A stretch of DNA of 64,000 bases from Microcoleaceae cyanobacterium (GCA_051652765.1 JBOFUV010000035.1:1-64000); one strand, 5' to 3'. Positions 41,145 to 51,315 are shown, counted from the stretch's first letter. Numbers and translations: made by a program. The notes: generated from the sequence alone by a model not told the origin.

Positions 41145-41858
41145 TTAATTAAGCACAGGTTGGCTGGCTAATGTTCCTAACCCAACCGAAGTCAGCTCTG
41201 TCTGCCATGCACGAACAACAGTTGGATCGTTAGGTTGAGCCTGTTTCAACTGAGCTAAAGATGCCATCATATCGTACCACAAGCCTGCCTGACCCAGGGC
41301 AGAAGCCTGTTCTAGAGACGGAGAAGCAGTCCAAGTCGGGTTTGTTGTCTCTCGGCGCTGAACCCATCCAGTAATGGTCGGGCTATCGGGCTCAAGCTGA
41401 CTTCCACAAATCAGGGCCAAAGACCACATATACTTCTTCCCAATTTCCAGAGGAGGAGCTTCCTGAGGAAATCTAATCTTGGCGACCCCCGCATGGGGAA
41501 CTGCAAACTGGGCTTGATAATAATGGTTGCCGTTCTCATCTTGCAAGCTAAAAAACACCTGCTTTACCGAAGACTGAGGAATGTAAACCAAGATGGCTGG
41601 GTGAGTCGCAACGGTCAACCCTATTTGAGTTGTGGGCAGCAAAGGAATAGCCGAGGGACTTCCTGCCGCATCAGAAAAGCAGGGATTATCTGTGCGGGTT
41701 CCTCCCCCTTTAGAGGTAATCGGAGCCTCATCACCGGGAGGCTGGAACATTTGAGCAAACCCTGGCTTGCCTGAAAAAGCGCTTACTCCTAGTCCTATTG
41801 CCAAGAAAGACAGGAAAAAATTCTGATTTGAAAAGAACTTGCTCATTGTACTCAGCAC
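41145..41858 (-). CDS. DUF928-family exported protein
   Basis: Signal peptide, PPGDEAPITSKGGGTR, GLTVATHPAILVYIP, LEIGKKYMWSLALIC, GWVQR and AGLWYD motifs. Confidence 0.88.
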   Translation of the reverse strand: MLSTMSKFFSNQNFFLSFLAIGLGVSAFSGKPGFAQMFQPPGDEAPITSKGGGTRTDNPCFSDAAGSPSAIPLLPTTQIGLTVATHPAILVYIPQSSVKQVFFSLQDENGNHYYQAQFAVPHAGVAKIRFPQEAPPLEIGKKYMWSLALICGSQLEPDSPTITGWVQRRETTNPTWTASPSLEQASALGQAGLWYDMMASLAQLKQAQPNDPTVVRAWQTELTSVGLGTLASQPVLN

Positions 41859-42319
41859 CCTATGATTTTTGAGACTTTTGTGGCTAATACTTGTGATTTA
41901 ACCTATAGTTTATTCGAGAAAATACGGAAGTGGTGTAAAGCTTTGGAAAATTTATTGCCAATGTTGTTAAAGCTTCTGTAAACCGTGATTTTACAAATAA
42001 AAATTGACTGAAAGACTCCCATAATCAGAAAACGTAGAAGATAGAAATGAGATGAATCCAGTGCATGACTCTACAGATTCACAATGCACATATCCTTGTA
42101 TCTCTTGTCGGAGAGGTGGCGCTAATGCAGGTCAGTTGCCTAGATTAGTATACATATTGTTTGAACAAATTTGATAAGACTCCTAGGCTTAGAGACAACA
42201 AAATATTGACCCTAGAATTTCACAATTAAACAGAATATTATCGCCTTACCCTACTTCTATTTAGATCAATTGTTAATCAATCATTTTTTCTCAAGGCAGA
42301 GGTATTTTGCAGTGAATTT

Positions 42320-44998
42320 CTACAACCAATTCCCGACTAAAACAAAGGGAGCCCAATACACAGGATGGCTATATTCTCCTCCGTTCAGCAATCCCAACTG
42401 AGCTTGGCGAAGCGCCTCTGCCTTCGTTATTCCCGGTTGACCCAGTTGCTTGTAGAACTCAACCATGAGTTTTGTTGTAGAATCGTCCCAAACAGCCCAA
42501 AGACTGGCAATGGTGCTCCGTGCCCCTGAACGGATTGCTATTCCTGCTAATCCTAAAGCAGCCCGTCGATCTCCCTGGGCAGTCTGACAAGCGCTCAACA
42601 CCAACAGGTCAACGGGGGTTTGATTGCCTGTTGATCGAGAACGCAACAGGGCATCAAAATCTTTAACATTGATTTTGCCGTCCCAGGTGAGGATAAAGGT
42701 CTTCTCTGCTACGCTGCTGAACTGACCATGGGTTGCCAAATGTAGGATGCGGGCTGGAGAAGTTTCGAGGGTCTCCTCTAGATTGGCAGTGGTAAAGGCT
42801 TGATTGAGAATGACTTGAGCCGGAACTTCGGCAGCAATCTGTTGCAGTTCTTGCTCAACCCCCGGTAGAGGTAAAAATCCCTGACGCGCTTCACTCAACC
42901 CTGCCGTAATCGCTTCATCCTTTGTTAATTCAGTCGGACGAGATTCAAGCAGTTGCAGACCTGGACTGAGGGCAACCCCATACTGCTCTAACAAATATTG
43001 TTGACCATCGTGTAGGGCCGCCATAGGGAGATTTCTTAACTCACTGTCAAGTACAAAAACCAGGGTTTTGACGTGAGATTGGACTAGGTCTGCTTGAACT
43101 GGACGGATTAACCAGTTATAGGCTTGTTGATAGAGTTTTAACCGTTGGTCTGGGCTGTAGGCTGGATGTAAAGATTGGCGCATTTTGCTCAAAATCGGAA
43201 TCAGCGTGTCTTGAGAGACAGAACTGGCATGGTGTTGCAAAGGCTTTCCCGGCAACGCCACAATCACTTCTAAGCGATCTGGCAGAATGATGGGATAAAT
43301 CACGGCTGCTGCCGGATCAACTTCATCAATCCGAGCAGGCTTCGCCTCCAAACAAGCCTCGCGGAAAAAGTTATCGAGTTCTGCAAGTTGTAACGCTTCA
43401 ATCACCGCTTGGGCTTGATTCAAATTGGCCTGAACACTCACAACCAAGCCCGATGTTTCCTGGAACGACGTTTCCTCAAGCAACACAGAGACAAACTCTC
43501 GATAAACGGGTTCAATGGTCTCAGTAAAGGAAAATTGAACGTCGGGGCTAACGGCAACAAGGTCATTGCGAAGGCCCTGTAGGGTCTCGAAAGCAACTTG
43601 ATAAGCTGCGATCGCCCCCTCTAGATCGCCTTTCTGTTTGAGCAATCGACCGAGTTGCCAGGATGCCTGGGCGGTTACTTCAGCGGCATTAGTAGCTTGA
43701 GCAAGCTGAAGAGCTTGTTCGGTCAGGGGTAAGGCTGCAGAAAATCGCCAGGTTTGTTCGTAGAGTTGGCCTAGTTGTGTCAGGACAGTTGCCTCGGCTT
43801 GGACATCCCCTAACGCTCTGGCTTGCTGAAGCGCCTGAGATAACGTATGGTCAGCAACAGACTCGGCCTCCCTCCGATCTTGGATGGGGCTCGAAGTGAT
43901 GCCATTCATGAGACTCTCTGCAAAGTTAACAGCCTTATAAATAGAGGTGCGACTGGGCGGTAATGCAGCTAGACCGGCGGCAATGCTTTGCACTAAGGAG
44001 GTTAGGTTGGGTTGCTGTTCTGGCTGGCCTTCAATCCCAGGGGGCTTAGCCTGCAACCGCAGTTGGTTCAATTGTATAGTTAGCTTTAGCTCTGCAGTGG
44101 GGGCGATCGCCGCTGCCTGTTGATAGTAGTCTAGGGCTTGTTCAGGGTGTTGTTGATCTTTGGCTAGATTTCCCAGGTTTAATAGAATTTCTGCTCGTTC
44201 TGAAGGGGCATTCAGGGTTTGAGCAACGGTTAAACTGCGGTGTAGAACCTGTTCAGCCTCTGCCAGATCTCCCAAAAGTTGTAAGGTCACGCCTAAACTC
44301 TGCAACCCTTTGACCTTGAGCAAAGAATCTTGCTGAGTTTGCAGGTCAGCTTGGATCACGGTCAATAGTTTACGGGAACGACGATAGAGTCCCAGAGCCC
44401 TCAGGGCTTGAGCCTGATTAATTTGGCTACCCAAAGTTCCAACTTTGTCTTCTGCCTGACGATAGGCTTGTTCTGCTTGTTCCCAGGATTCTAACGCTTC
44501 TGAGGTTTTACCTTGGGCCCGATAAAGCTGTCCTTGGGTGGTTAGGGCCTGGGCCAACAGGTTAATCTCGCCTCGATATTGGGGCTGATTCAAAATCCCT
44601 AAACTTTTTGTCATTACAGTCTCAGCAGCGTTCCACTCTCCCAAGGCTTGATGAACCAGGGACAAATAGCTCCAGGCCCAAGCCTGACCCACGGCATCTC
44701 CTTCACGCTCAAACGCTTGAATGGCCTGCTGCCAAGCTACTTTTGCCTCAGAAAGCCGTCCGGCAGTATAGAGTTGGCGGCCTTGTTCCAAGAGTTGTGT
44801 TGCAGTCTGAGTCTGAGTCTGAGTTGCAGTGGCGACAGTCTGGACTGCTGGAGATGCTGAGGGAACGGTAGCGTCTCCAGGAGCAGTTGTTATCACCCAC
44901 AAAAGAGTCACAACACTCAACGCAATTCCCCAGCAACCTCGCCTGAATGAGTGTTTAGCCCGTCTCATAGAGTGTTGGATATAGAAGGTCGGATACAC
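42320..44998 (-). CDS. Exported TPR-repeat + CHAT (caspase-like cysteine protease) protein; likely start ATG 44968
   Basis: Signal-peptide-like N-terminus, TPR helices, LQLAELDNFFREAC, catalytic HLATHGQFS / VLSACQTA, C-terminal HPVYWAPFVLVGNWL. Confidence 0.93.
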   Translation of the reverse strand: MYPTFYIQHSMRRAKHSFRRGCWGIALSVVTLLWVITTAPGDATVPSASPAVQTVATATQTQTQTATQLLEQGRQLYTAGRLSEAKVAWQQAIQAFEREGDAVGQAWAWSYLSLVHQALGEWNAAETVMTKSLGILNQPQYRGEINLLAQALTTQGQLYRAQGKTSEALESWEQAEQAYRQAEDKVGTLGSQINQAQALRALGLYRRSRKLLTVIQADLQTQQDSLLKVKGLQSLGVTLQLLGDLAEAEQVLHRSLTVAQTLNAPSERAEILLNLGNLAKDQQHPEQALDYYQQAAAIAPTAELKLTIQLNQLRLQAKPPGIEGQPEQQPNLTSLVQSIAAGLAALPPSRTSIYKAVNFAESLMNGITSSPIQDRREAESVADHTLSQALQQARALGDVQAEATVLTQLGQLYEQTWRFSAALPLTEQALQLAQATNAAEVTAQASWQLGRLLKQKGDLEGAIAAYQVAFETLQGLRNDLVAVSPDVQFSFTETIEPVYREFVSVLLEETSFQETSGLVVSVQANLNQAQAVIEALQLAELDNFFREACLEAKPARIDEVDPAAAVIYPIILPDRLEVIVALPGKPLQHHASSVSQDTLIPILSKMRQSLHPAYSPDQRLKLYQQAYNWLIRPVQADLVQSHVKTLVFVLDSELRNLPMAALHDGQQYLLEQYGVALSPGLQLLESRPTELTKDEAITAGLSEARQGFLPLPGVEQELQQIAAEVPAQVILNQAFTTANLEETLETSPARILHLATHGQFSSVAEKTFILTWDGKINVKDFDALLRSRSTGNQTPVDLLVLSACQTAQGDRRAALGLAGIAIRSGARSTIASLWAVWDDSTTKLMVEFYKQLGQPGITKAEALRQAQLGLLNGGEYSHPVYWAPFVLVGNWL

Positions 44999-45023
44999 TG
45001 TTGAATCAACTGTTGGATCTGAA

Positions 45024-48000
45024 TCATGGATGATAACAATACAGCGGTTGTAGGATAGGAGTGCGGGGGTTGGTTTGATTGGGAAGGTGAGCCACCAGCT
45101 CTAGATTTCCCTGTTTGTTAACAATCCAAGCTTGAGCCTCAACGGCTACGGCTTGAACCAATGTACTCGCAATCTTACCCCTTGCTGCATCCGATGTCTC
45201 AGCTTGTTCAACCTGAGCAGGTTGTGCGTCCCGCAAATCCGTCCGCAAGTCTGACCAAACGACTTCTCCCCCAAGGGTTTGGCGAGGGTCTTCGGGTAAT
45301 CCTCCTCGTCCCGTGACGACGAAGGTGTTTTGTTGCTCAGAGGCGCAGCCCGTTACCACTAGTTGAGAAACATCGGTCACTTGTTCGGGGAGTTGAGTGG
45401 TAGCAACCTGACGATTTGTGTCTGGATTGGAAACATTAACGACCCCATCTACTCCAAATTGGGAGCTGGCTGTGATTTCACTGCCATCAACCAAGAAAAT
45501 TCCCTGGGTAGAAATGGTGATATTTCCCCCAGGACCCAGCACTGCATTCGCTCGGATATCGCTATTGCCTTGGGCAACCACAAAATCACTGTTAATTCTG
45601 ACATCGCCTCCCCCGCCCGTGCTGTCTGACACGCTAGTACTGACTAAGCTGTTATTGTTCAGGCCGAGGAAATCAGTGGTTAAGTTGATATCGCCGCCTC
45701 CAGATTCCATCGATGTGGCAGTTACTTCCCCTTGGTTCATCTGGATTGTGCGAGCGCTGATGTTAATATTGCCTGCTTCACCTAAACCCTGGCTATTGGT
45801 TGAAACTTGACCGTTGTTCGTCAGGTTCAAGCTGCTGTTAATCTCCAGACCAACGCTTCCCCCTGCTCCTGTTGAACCTATACGAGCTTCACTTAATACA
45901 CCACCTCCACCGTCAAGATTTGCAGTATTCGCAAAAATGGTGATATTCCCAGCTCTGCCAGAGCTTTCAGTGTTTGTATTGACGACACCACCATTAACTA
46001 GATTCAGAGTATTGGTGTTGAGGGTAATTTGGCCACCTTGCCCAGAGGACTGGGAGTCTGTGCCGCTAAAGATCCCACTCGCTGTTGCTGGACTTGATCC
46101 GTCAATGGTAATCGTGTTGGCGTTGACAATAGCATTTCCAGCATCACCGACTCCAAGGGTACTTGTACTTAGAATCCCTCCGTTGATTAAGTTCAGAATG
46201 TTGGTGGCTAAGTTCAGGTTTCCCCCGGCGCCAGTTGCAGAGGCTAGGGATTCACTCAGAATGCGACTTGACTGGTCAACCCTTGTAGAAGTCGTATTGA
46301 TGTATAGGTTTCCGGCATTCCCTGAGGACGCTGTACTGGTGCTGAGCAGCCCGCCGCTCAATAGGTTTAACGTCAGAGCATTGAGGTTAATATTTCCACT
46401 ATTTCCTGTCGCTCCAACTAGGGATTCGCTCAGAACCCGCCCTCCCGTGTTCACATTTACAGAATTAGCGTTGAGGTCAATCAGCCCTGCACTTCCCGAT
46501 GCCAAGGTACTGGTGCTGAGGGATGCACCAGAATCAACCGTTAGATTACTGGTTCTCAACATAACATTGCCACCCTTTCCCGAGCCACGAGTTTCGGCTG
46601 AAATTTGGCTGTTGGTAGTGGCGATCGCCCCATCCCGAATGTTTAGGGTGATGTTGCCGCCCCCGCCGTTAAAGGTTGTGGCGGTAATGCTACTCGGATT
46701 GTTGCGGTCAGTGGTTCCCAAAAGGACTGTATTCGCCTGAATAGTAACACTCCCAGCTTGCCCTTCTCCGGGAGGACGACTGGTATCCAGGCTAGGAAAG
46801 TTACTCGCGTTGATTGTGGCTCCATCCTGAATCGATAACTGATTAGCATTCACAGTAATCGTGCCACCATTTCCAGTGCTTTCAATCGCATTGGAGAATA
46901 GACCACTGCGGCCAAACTCTGAACTGCCCCTGAGGTCAACTTGAGCTGCGCGAACAGTTAAGTCTCCTCCCTGGCCCGTACTTGCTGTTCCTACCCCAAT
47001 CTGTCCCCCATCCCGGACGCTCAGTTGACCTGCATTCAGTGTTAAGTTTCCTCCATTCCCCGTAGTCGCGCCAGACTCTACGGTTGTCAGTAAAGCACTC
47101 CCTCCCCGTTGTCCCACCCCAATAACCTCAATGATGGCGGCATCAATGGTCAAATTTCCCGCATCTCCATTTCCCAAAGTAAGAGCTGTAGCTTGGGCTC
47201 CATCCGCTGCTCGGAAGCGAATCGCTTCGATTGTGACATTGCCCCCTTGGCCAGTCGCTCCAGGCAGAACATTAGAGAATAGACCGCTTTGAACTCCACC
47301 ACTAGGAGAAGTTCCCAAAAGTTCTACATCAGTTGCTTGAACAGTCAAATTGCCCCCGTTTCCTGACCCTAATGTTCCCGTAAAGACCAGTGCTCCTCCA
47401 GAGATTGAGAGGCGATCAGCCTGAATCTGCACATCTCCACCTTGACCCAATGCAAGAGTAGAAGTCGATATTCCACTGGAACCTAGCCCAGCAGTTCCGC
47501 CACTGATATTGATCTCTCCAGCCCGAATAGAGATATTGCCTGCATCTCCAGAACCAAATGTGTCGCCCTGTAACCGACCTCCCCCAGCAAGAATTAAACT
47601 TCCTGTGTCAATCTGAATGTTTCCACCTTGTCCTATGGCTCCAGGATCAACATTCGTAGATAGCAAGCTAGGAAACGTAACGGTCGGAGTTGTTCCTGCC
47701 ACTGCAAACACCTCAGATGCCTTGATATTAATATCTCCACCCGTAGTAGTTCCCAGAGTATTTGCTAAAACGGCAGAGCCACCACTGACGACAACTTGTC
47801 TGCCCTGAATTTGAACTCTGCCGCCGCCATTGCCGCTGGTATCGATTGAGGCTGTGTCAGAGAGGAGAATATCTTGAAAGGTTTGCACTCCCGCATAATT
47901 AAATGACCACCCTGAATCTGTATCTGCAGGAACTAAACTGACAGTGCCGCTGCTAACACTGCCCAGAACAACCTGTCCATCTTCAGCCGTCAAGTTTCCT

Positions 48001-48692
48001 CCTGGTAAAAGGATGTTACCTCCAACCAAAGCCAGGGTCTGACCGGGCGGAACTTGCAAACCAAGAGGTCGATCGTCTCGAACAATTGTTCCGACATCAA
48101 AGTTAAAGGTCAGATTGTTCCCAGGCCCCTGAACGGTAATGTCACCCGGAATTGCCCCATATTGCAAGCCAATCGGAATATTAACACTCAGTAACGGAGA
48201 AGCCTGAGGATTGATCGCGCTAAATTCAAGGCCGTCAGCAAACTGCATCTCCTCGGCAGTGCTGCCAACAAAAGATCCCCCAATTTGCAAAGCTGCATTG
48301 GGGCCAAAGATAATTCCATTGGGATTGAGTAAAAACAGATTGGCTGTACCGTTAGCACGAATCAAACCATCAATACTTGAAACTGAGCCTCCGGTAACTC
48401 GACTGATGATATTAGCAATTGAACCCGCATTATTAAAAAAAGCAGTTGTTCCAGTGGGGACGGAAAACTGCTCAAAACTATGGAATAAATTACTGCCTGC
48501 AGTCGTACCGCCTACAATCTCGTTGAGGCTACCACTAGGAACAATGACCGAATGATTCGGTAGGGTGGAGTCAGGAACGATTTGAGCAATAGCAGGGCTG
48601 ACCCAGAAGTAACTACTCAGGATCAAAACCCTCACATTGCTGATTTGCAAGACGTTCCGTAGGAACAATTGGAAGTTAACCCTAGAAGTCAT
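45024..48692 (-). CDS. Filamentous haemagglutinin-like TpsA exoprotein
   Basis: Signal peptide ..PAIAQIVPD, TPS domain NLFHSFEQFS...NIISRVTGG...LLNPNGIIFG, Gly/Asn/Thr beta-helix repeats, C-terminal C..TFVVTGRGGLP...EAQAW segment. Confidence 0.93.
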   Translation of the reverse strand: MTSRVNFQLFLRNVLQISNVRVLILSSYFWVSPAIAQIVPDSTLPNHSVIVPSGSLNEIVGGTTAGSNLFHSFEQFSVPTGTTAFFNNAGSIANIISRVTGGSVSSIDGLIRANGTANLFLLNPNGIIFGPNAALQIGGSFVGSTAEEMQFADGLEFSAINPQASPLLSVNIPIGLQYGAIPGDITVQGPGNNLTFNFDVGTIVRDDRPLGLQVPPGQTLALVGGNILLPGGNLTAEDGQVVLGSVSSGTVSLVPADTDSGWSFNYAGVQTFQDILLSDTASIDTSGNGGGRVQIQGRQVVVSGGSAVLANTLGTTTGGDINIKASEVFAVAGTTPTVTFPSLLSTNVDPGAIGQGGNIQIDTGSLILAGGGRLQGDTFGSGDAGNISIRAGEINISGGTAGLGSSGISTSTLALGQGGDVQIQADRLSISGGALVFTGTLGSGNGGNLTVQATDVELLGTSPSGGVQSGLFSNVLPGATGQGGNVTIEAIRFRAADGAQATALTLGNGDAGNLTIDAAIIEVIGVGQRGGSALLTTVESGATTGNGGNLTLNAGQLSVRDGGQIGVGTASTGQGGDLTVRAAQVDLRGSSEFGRSGLFSNAIESTGNGGTITVNANQLSIQDGATINASNFPSLDTSRPPGEGQAGSVTIQANTVLLGTTDRNNPSSITATTFNGGGGNITLNIRDGAIATTNSQISAETRGSGKGGNVMLRTSNLTVDSGASLSTSTLASGSAGLIDLNANSVNVNTGGRVLSESLVGATGNSGNINLNALTLNLLSGGLLSTSTASSGNAGNLYINTTSTRVDQSSRILSESLASATGAGGNLNLATNILNLINGGILSTSTLGVGDAGNAIVNANTITIDGSSPATASGIFSGTDSQSSGQGGQITLNTNTLNLVNGGVVNTNTESSGRAGNITIFANTANLDGGGGVLSEARIGSTGAGGSVGLEINSSLNLTNNGQVSTNSQGLGEAGNINISARTIQMNQGEVTATSMESGGGDINLTTDFLGLNNNSLVSTSVSDSTGGGGDVRINSDFVVAQGNSDIRANAVLGPGGNITISTQGIFLVDGSEITASSQFGVDGVVNVSNPDTNRQVATTQLPEQVTDVSQLVVTGCASEQQNTFVVTGRGGLPEDPRQTLGGEVVWSDLRTDLRDAQPAQVEQAETSDAARGKIASTLVQAVAVEAQAWIVNKQGNLELVAHLPNQTNPRTPILQPLYCYHP

Positions 48693-48792
48693 CTCAGATG
48701 AATCCTTCCTGGAAAAAAGGGATAGAAGAGCGGGAGTATCGTTAGACTGATACTACCTCAACTTTCCTAAATTGTCCCCCTTGTCCCCCTGC

Positions 48793-49083
48793 TTAGGAGT
48801 CTGCACGCCAAGGGCCACCACCGCTACAACCAGGCATCCAGGGAAATAGCAAGCAGAGATTGGCCATGGTATCACTGTCTTCAACCATAGACTTCGCAGT
48901 GTCAGAGGTCGTTTGATCGGCTTCTAGGGAAGTTGGATTTAGGGCTGCTGCCTGAATTGAAACTGAACCGACGACAACTACAAGTCCCATCAGGGTTCTA
49001 GAAGCTGCTTGGGTGAATTGCTTGAATGTTGTTTGAGATTGCATAGAGTTCATTCGAGAAATGCCTTGTTTGGTAATCATCAT
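48793..49083 (-). CDS. Small secreted peptide carrying a CLLFPWMPGC motif; mini-paralog of the adjacent metalloprotease (start may be 49053)
   Basis: Hydrophobic signal-like LMGLVVVVGSVSIQA. Its C-terminal 12 codons match the neighbour at 11/12 residues, with six synonymous codon differences. Confidence 0.8.
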   Translation of the reverse strand: MMITKQGISRMNSMQSQTTFKQFTQAASRTLMGLVVVVGSVSIQAAALNPTSLEADQTTSDTAKSMVEDSDTMANLCLLFPWMPGCSGGGPWRADS

Positions 49084-49276
49084 AACTGTGCTAAATCTTT
49101 GTTTGACTGAAGCAACTTTGACGAGGGTTGAAAAATCAAACTGAACCTTTACTACTATTAGTATAACTCGTATTTGATCAATTTATGCCATTATTTTATA
49201 TTTTTTTGTATGCATAAGATAGTTTTTAATGCCATCGAGAATTTACTGATTATCAAACTAGTTTAGATTTTTTGTC

Positions 49277-49292
49277 TCCGTAAATTTACAGA
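49277..49292. promoter_or_regulatory. Palindromic site TCCGTA-AATT-TACAGA upstream of the small peptide gene
   Basis: One mismatch to TCCGTA-N4-TACGGA; related sites occur in other promoters of the window. Confidence 0.5.
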
Positions 49293-49513
49293 ATGCTGTT
49301 TAAGTTATCGCATCTTCCGACCTCAAATTATGCCAGTTCTATATTTGTGATCTCCCAATCTGTGATCTCCCAATCCGAGATGCTCTGGCTTGAAATAGGG
49401 TGAAGAAAATAGGTAGAGCGTTATATTTCCTCTAGTGAGTTTGAGGCTTTGAGCAGTTGAGTCAAAGGGTTCCGATTGAGAGTTCCGGTCTAAAGCTCCA
49501 GCTTAAAACAGTC

Positions 49514-51001
49514 CTAGTGGTTCCGAGAGCGCTTTCCTCCAGCAATTAAACTCAAAGCCCCAAATCCGAGTAATCCCACTACAATTGTCGGCTCAGGCAC
49601 TTTCTCGGGTTCCGTAACTAGAATCACTTCCTGAGCTAATAGATTCGCTTGCAGCAACTCTTGCCAACCACCAGTACTACCACTACATCCAGGTCTCCAG
49701 GGGAACAGTAGACAGTGGTTGTAGACTTCGCTGTCTTGCACCATTGCTTCGACTCGATCGTCAACGCCGTTACCATTGGTGTCAATCGTTTCAACCATAG
49801 CTTCAGCGGCCTGCTGTTCAGCTTGGGCAAAGAGAGTAACCAGGTCATAGGCCATCTCACCCGCACTAATCCCATCTCGCATTCTCTGGGTAGTATTCCA
49901 ACCAATCACGTCAAATGCCACCAGATCAAGGGCCGTAATACTACGGGTCATGCCATAGCCAATGGCTGGGTCCATGACTCCAATGGTTTTGTTAGTGCCC
50001 AAATATTCCTGCTGTTTCCAGTGACTGGCCTGATAGCCATCGGCATCTTCCCCTTTGCCTGTGGAGAATTCAGCGACCCGACATTGGCTCGGGGCAAGAG
50101 AAACTCCCTGGCAACTGCTAAATGAACTGTAGGCTTGCAGACCATCTGTGGCAACGGCTTGAGTGCCATTAATTGAAAGAAACTTGGCTTCACCGTTGGT
50201 GGTCAGATCAGCGACTCCTTCCTCTAAACTCGTTTCAGAGTAGCGGAACAAGTCTAGAGTTTGGGCAGATTTTTCCTGGCCTGAATTGCTGGCAAAATCA
50301 TCAACAGAGCTGACAAAACCCAGTTGGTGACCGATTTCATGGAGAGCAACACTGAGGAAATCAATTTCGTCACCCCCAGGGCTATGGAAGAAGTCATAGC
50401 TCCAGTTAAAGTTCTGATTCATGCCAATGTAGCCATCAAACCCACTGGCATTTGCATCGATCAAACCTAATGCCTTGGCGTTGGCGTAGGTCATATTGAG
50501 TTCGCTAGAAGATGTTTCAGCGTCATCCTCTTCACCCTCATCTGACAAGAAATGATAGCTCTCGTCGTCGGTGCTCATGTTTGCGTGAGCAGTTCGATCT
50601 CGACCAGAAGTAATATCTGAATTGAGCGCCGAATCGAAATCTTGGAAGTTAACTCCAGTTAGCATTGCCGGTAGCGAACCACCCAACACGTTTTCCGGGA
50701 GTAACTCATCACCCACTAAGTCAATATAAAGATTGACGGTGACTTCATCAACGAGATAGTCTTCCCAGATGGCGCTAGCCAATTCAAAAGCGACTTTCTG
50801 TTCATCCGTAACGCCTGTGCTGTAGGTCGCTTGGATATCTAATGCCTGAGCCGGGACTGAACCCAGGGCAACGACCATCCACCCTAGAAGGGCTTTCGGA
50901 GCAACCCGTGCCAGGTACTGAATCAGTCCTTGGGCTTGAGTAGAGGGGTTGCACCCAGATTGACAATAGATCTTACTATTCATTGTTGCTATTTGAGTCA
51001 A
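49514..51001 (-). CDS. Secreted zinc metalloprotease with PEP-CTERM anchor (NF038122-like family)
   Basis: Signal peptide ..GSVPAQA, ANAKALGL, VALHEIGHQLGFVS (HEXXH), LDLFRYS, QASHW, FDVIGW; C-terminal VPEPT + TM + KRSRNH. Confidence 0.88.
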   Translation of the reverse strand: MTQIATMNSKIYCQSGCNPSTQAQGLIQYLARVAPKALLGWMVVALGSVPAQALDIQATYSTGVTDEQKVAFELASAIWEDYLVDEVTVNLYIDLVGDELLPENVLGGSLPAMLTGVNFQDFDSALNSDITSGRDRTAHANMSTDDESYHFLSDEGEEDDAETSSSELNMTYANAKALGLIDANASGFDGYIGMNQNFNWSYDFFHSPGGDEIDFLSVALHEIGHQLGFVSSVDDFASNSGQEKSAQTLDLFRYSETSLEEGVADLTTNGEAKFLSINGTQAVATDGLQAYSSFSSCQGVSLAPSQCRVAEFSTGKGEDADGYQASHWKQQEYLGTNKTIGVMDPAIGYGMTRSITALDLVAFDVIGWNTTQRMRDGISAGEMAYDLVTLFAQAEQQAAEAMVETIDTNGNGVDDRVEAMVQDSEVYNHCLLFPWRPGCSGSTGGWQELLQANLLAQEVILVTEPEKVPEPTIVVGLLGFGALSLIAGGKRSRNH

Positions 51002-51315
51002 TAAAGCCTACAGAGACATCGTGAAAGAGTCCTGTAGAAGAGATAATTTCAAAGAAAGTTCACATCTGATTGAGGGTTTTAGCGGTTGCCAATCATTCTA
51101 AGAGTAGTGCTAAAAAAAACTGGGTAGCATCTAACTTTAGACGATTAGCTCTGTCTGACAGAATATCTAGCTGAGAAATAATTCTAGAGATCGAGGGTTA
51201 TGACACAAAAGACAGGATTGCATTGTTGCTTATCTCCTTAGAATAAGTCAAATAAATCCAAGTTGGGTATAGTTTTTGTAAAGCATGTGTAAAAATTCTG
51301 TAAAATCCCTGATCT

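Noticed and set aside
42320..44998. CRISPR type III-E (Craspase) or other cytoplasmic anti-phage TPR-CHAT
   Set aside because: The protein has an export signal and sits with TpsA, DUF928 and CHASE2; no cas or defence NTPase genes are adjacent.
45814..46740. 308-aa plus-strand ORF (and other antisense ORFs) over TpsA
   Set aside because: Antisense shadow of the repetitive Gly/Asn/Thr-rich gene; no independent motif.
45024..48692. Contact-dependent inhibition toxin (CdiA)
   Set aside because: No VENN-like motif, no recognisable toxin domain and no downstream immunity gene.
48793..49083. RiPP precursor (cyanobactin, microviridin or lanthipeptide)
   Set aside because: No recognisable RiPP leader and no modifying enzymes nearby; a Sec-type leader and paralogy to the protease explain it better.
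49277..49292. NtcA binding site
   Set aside because: The spacer is 4 nt; NtcA needs GTA-N8-TAC.
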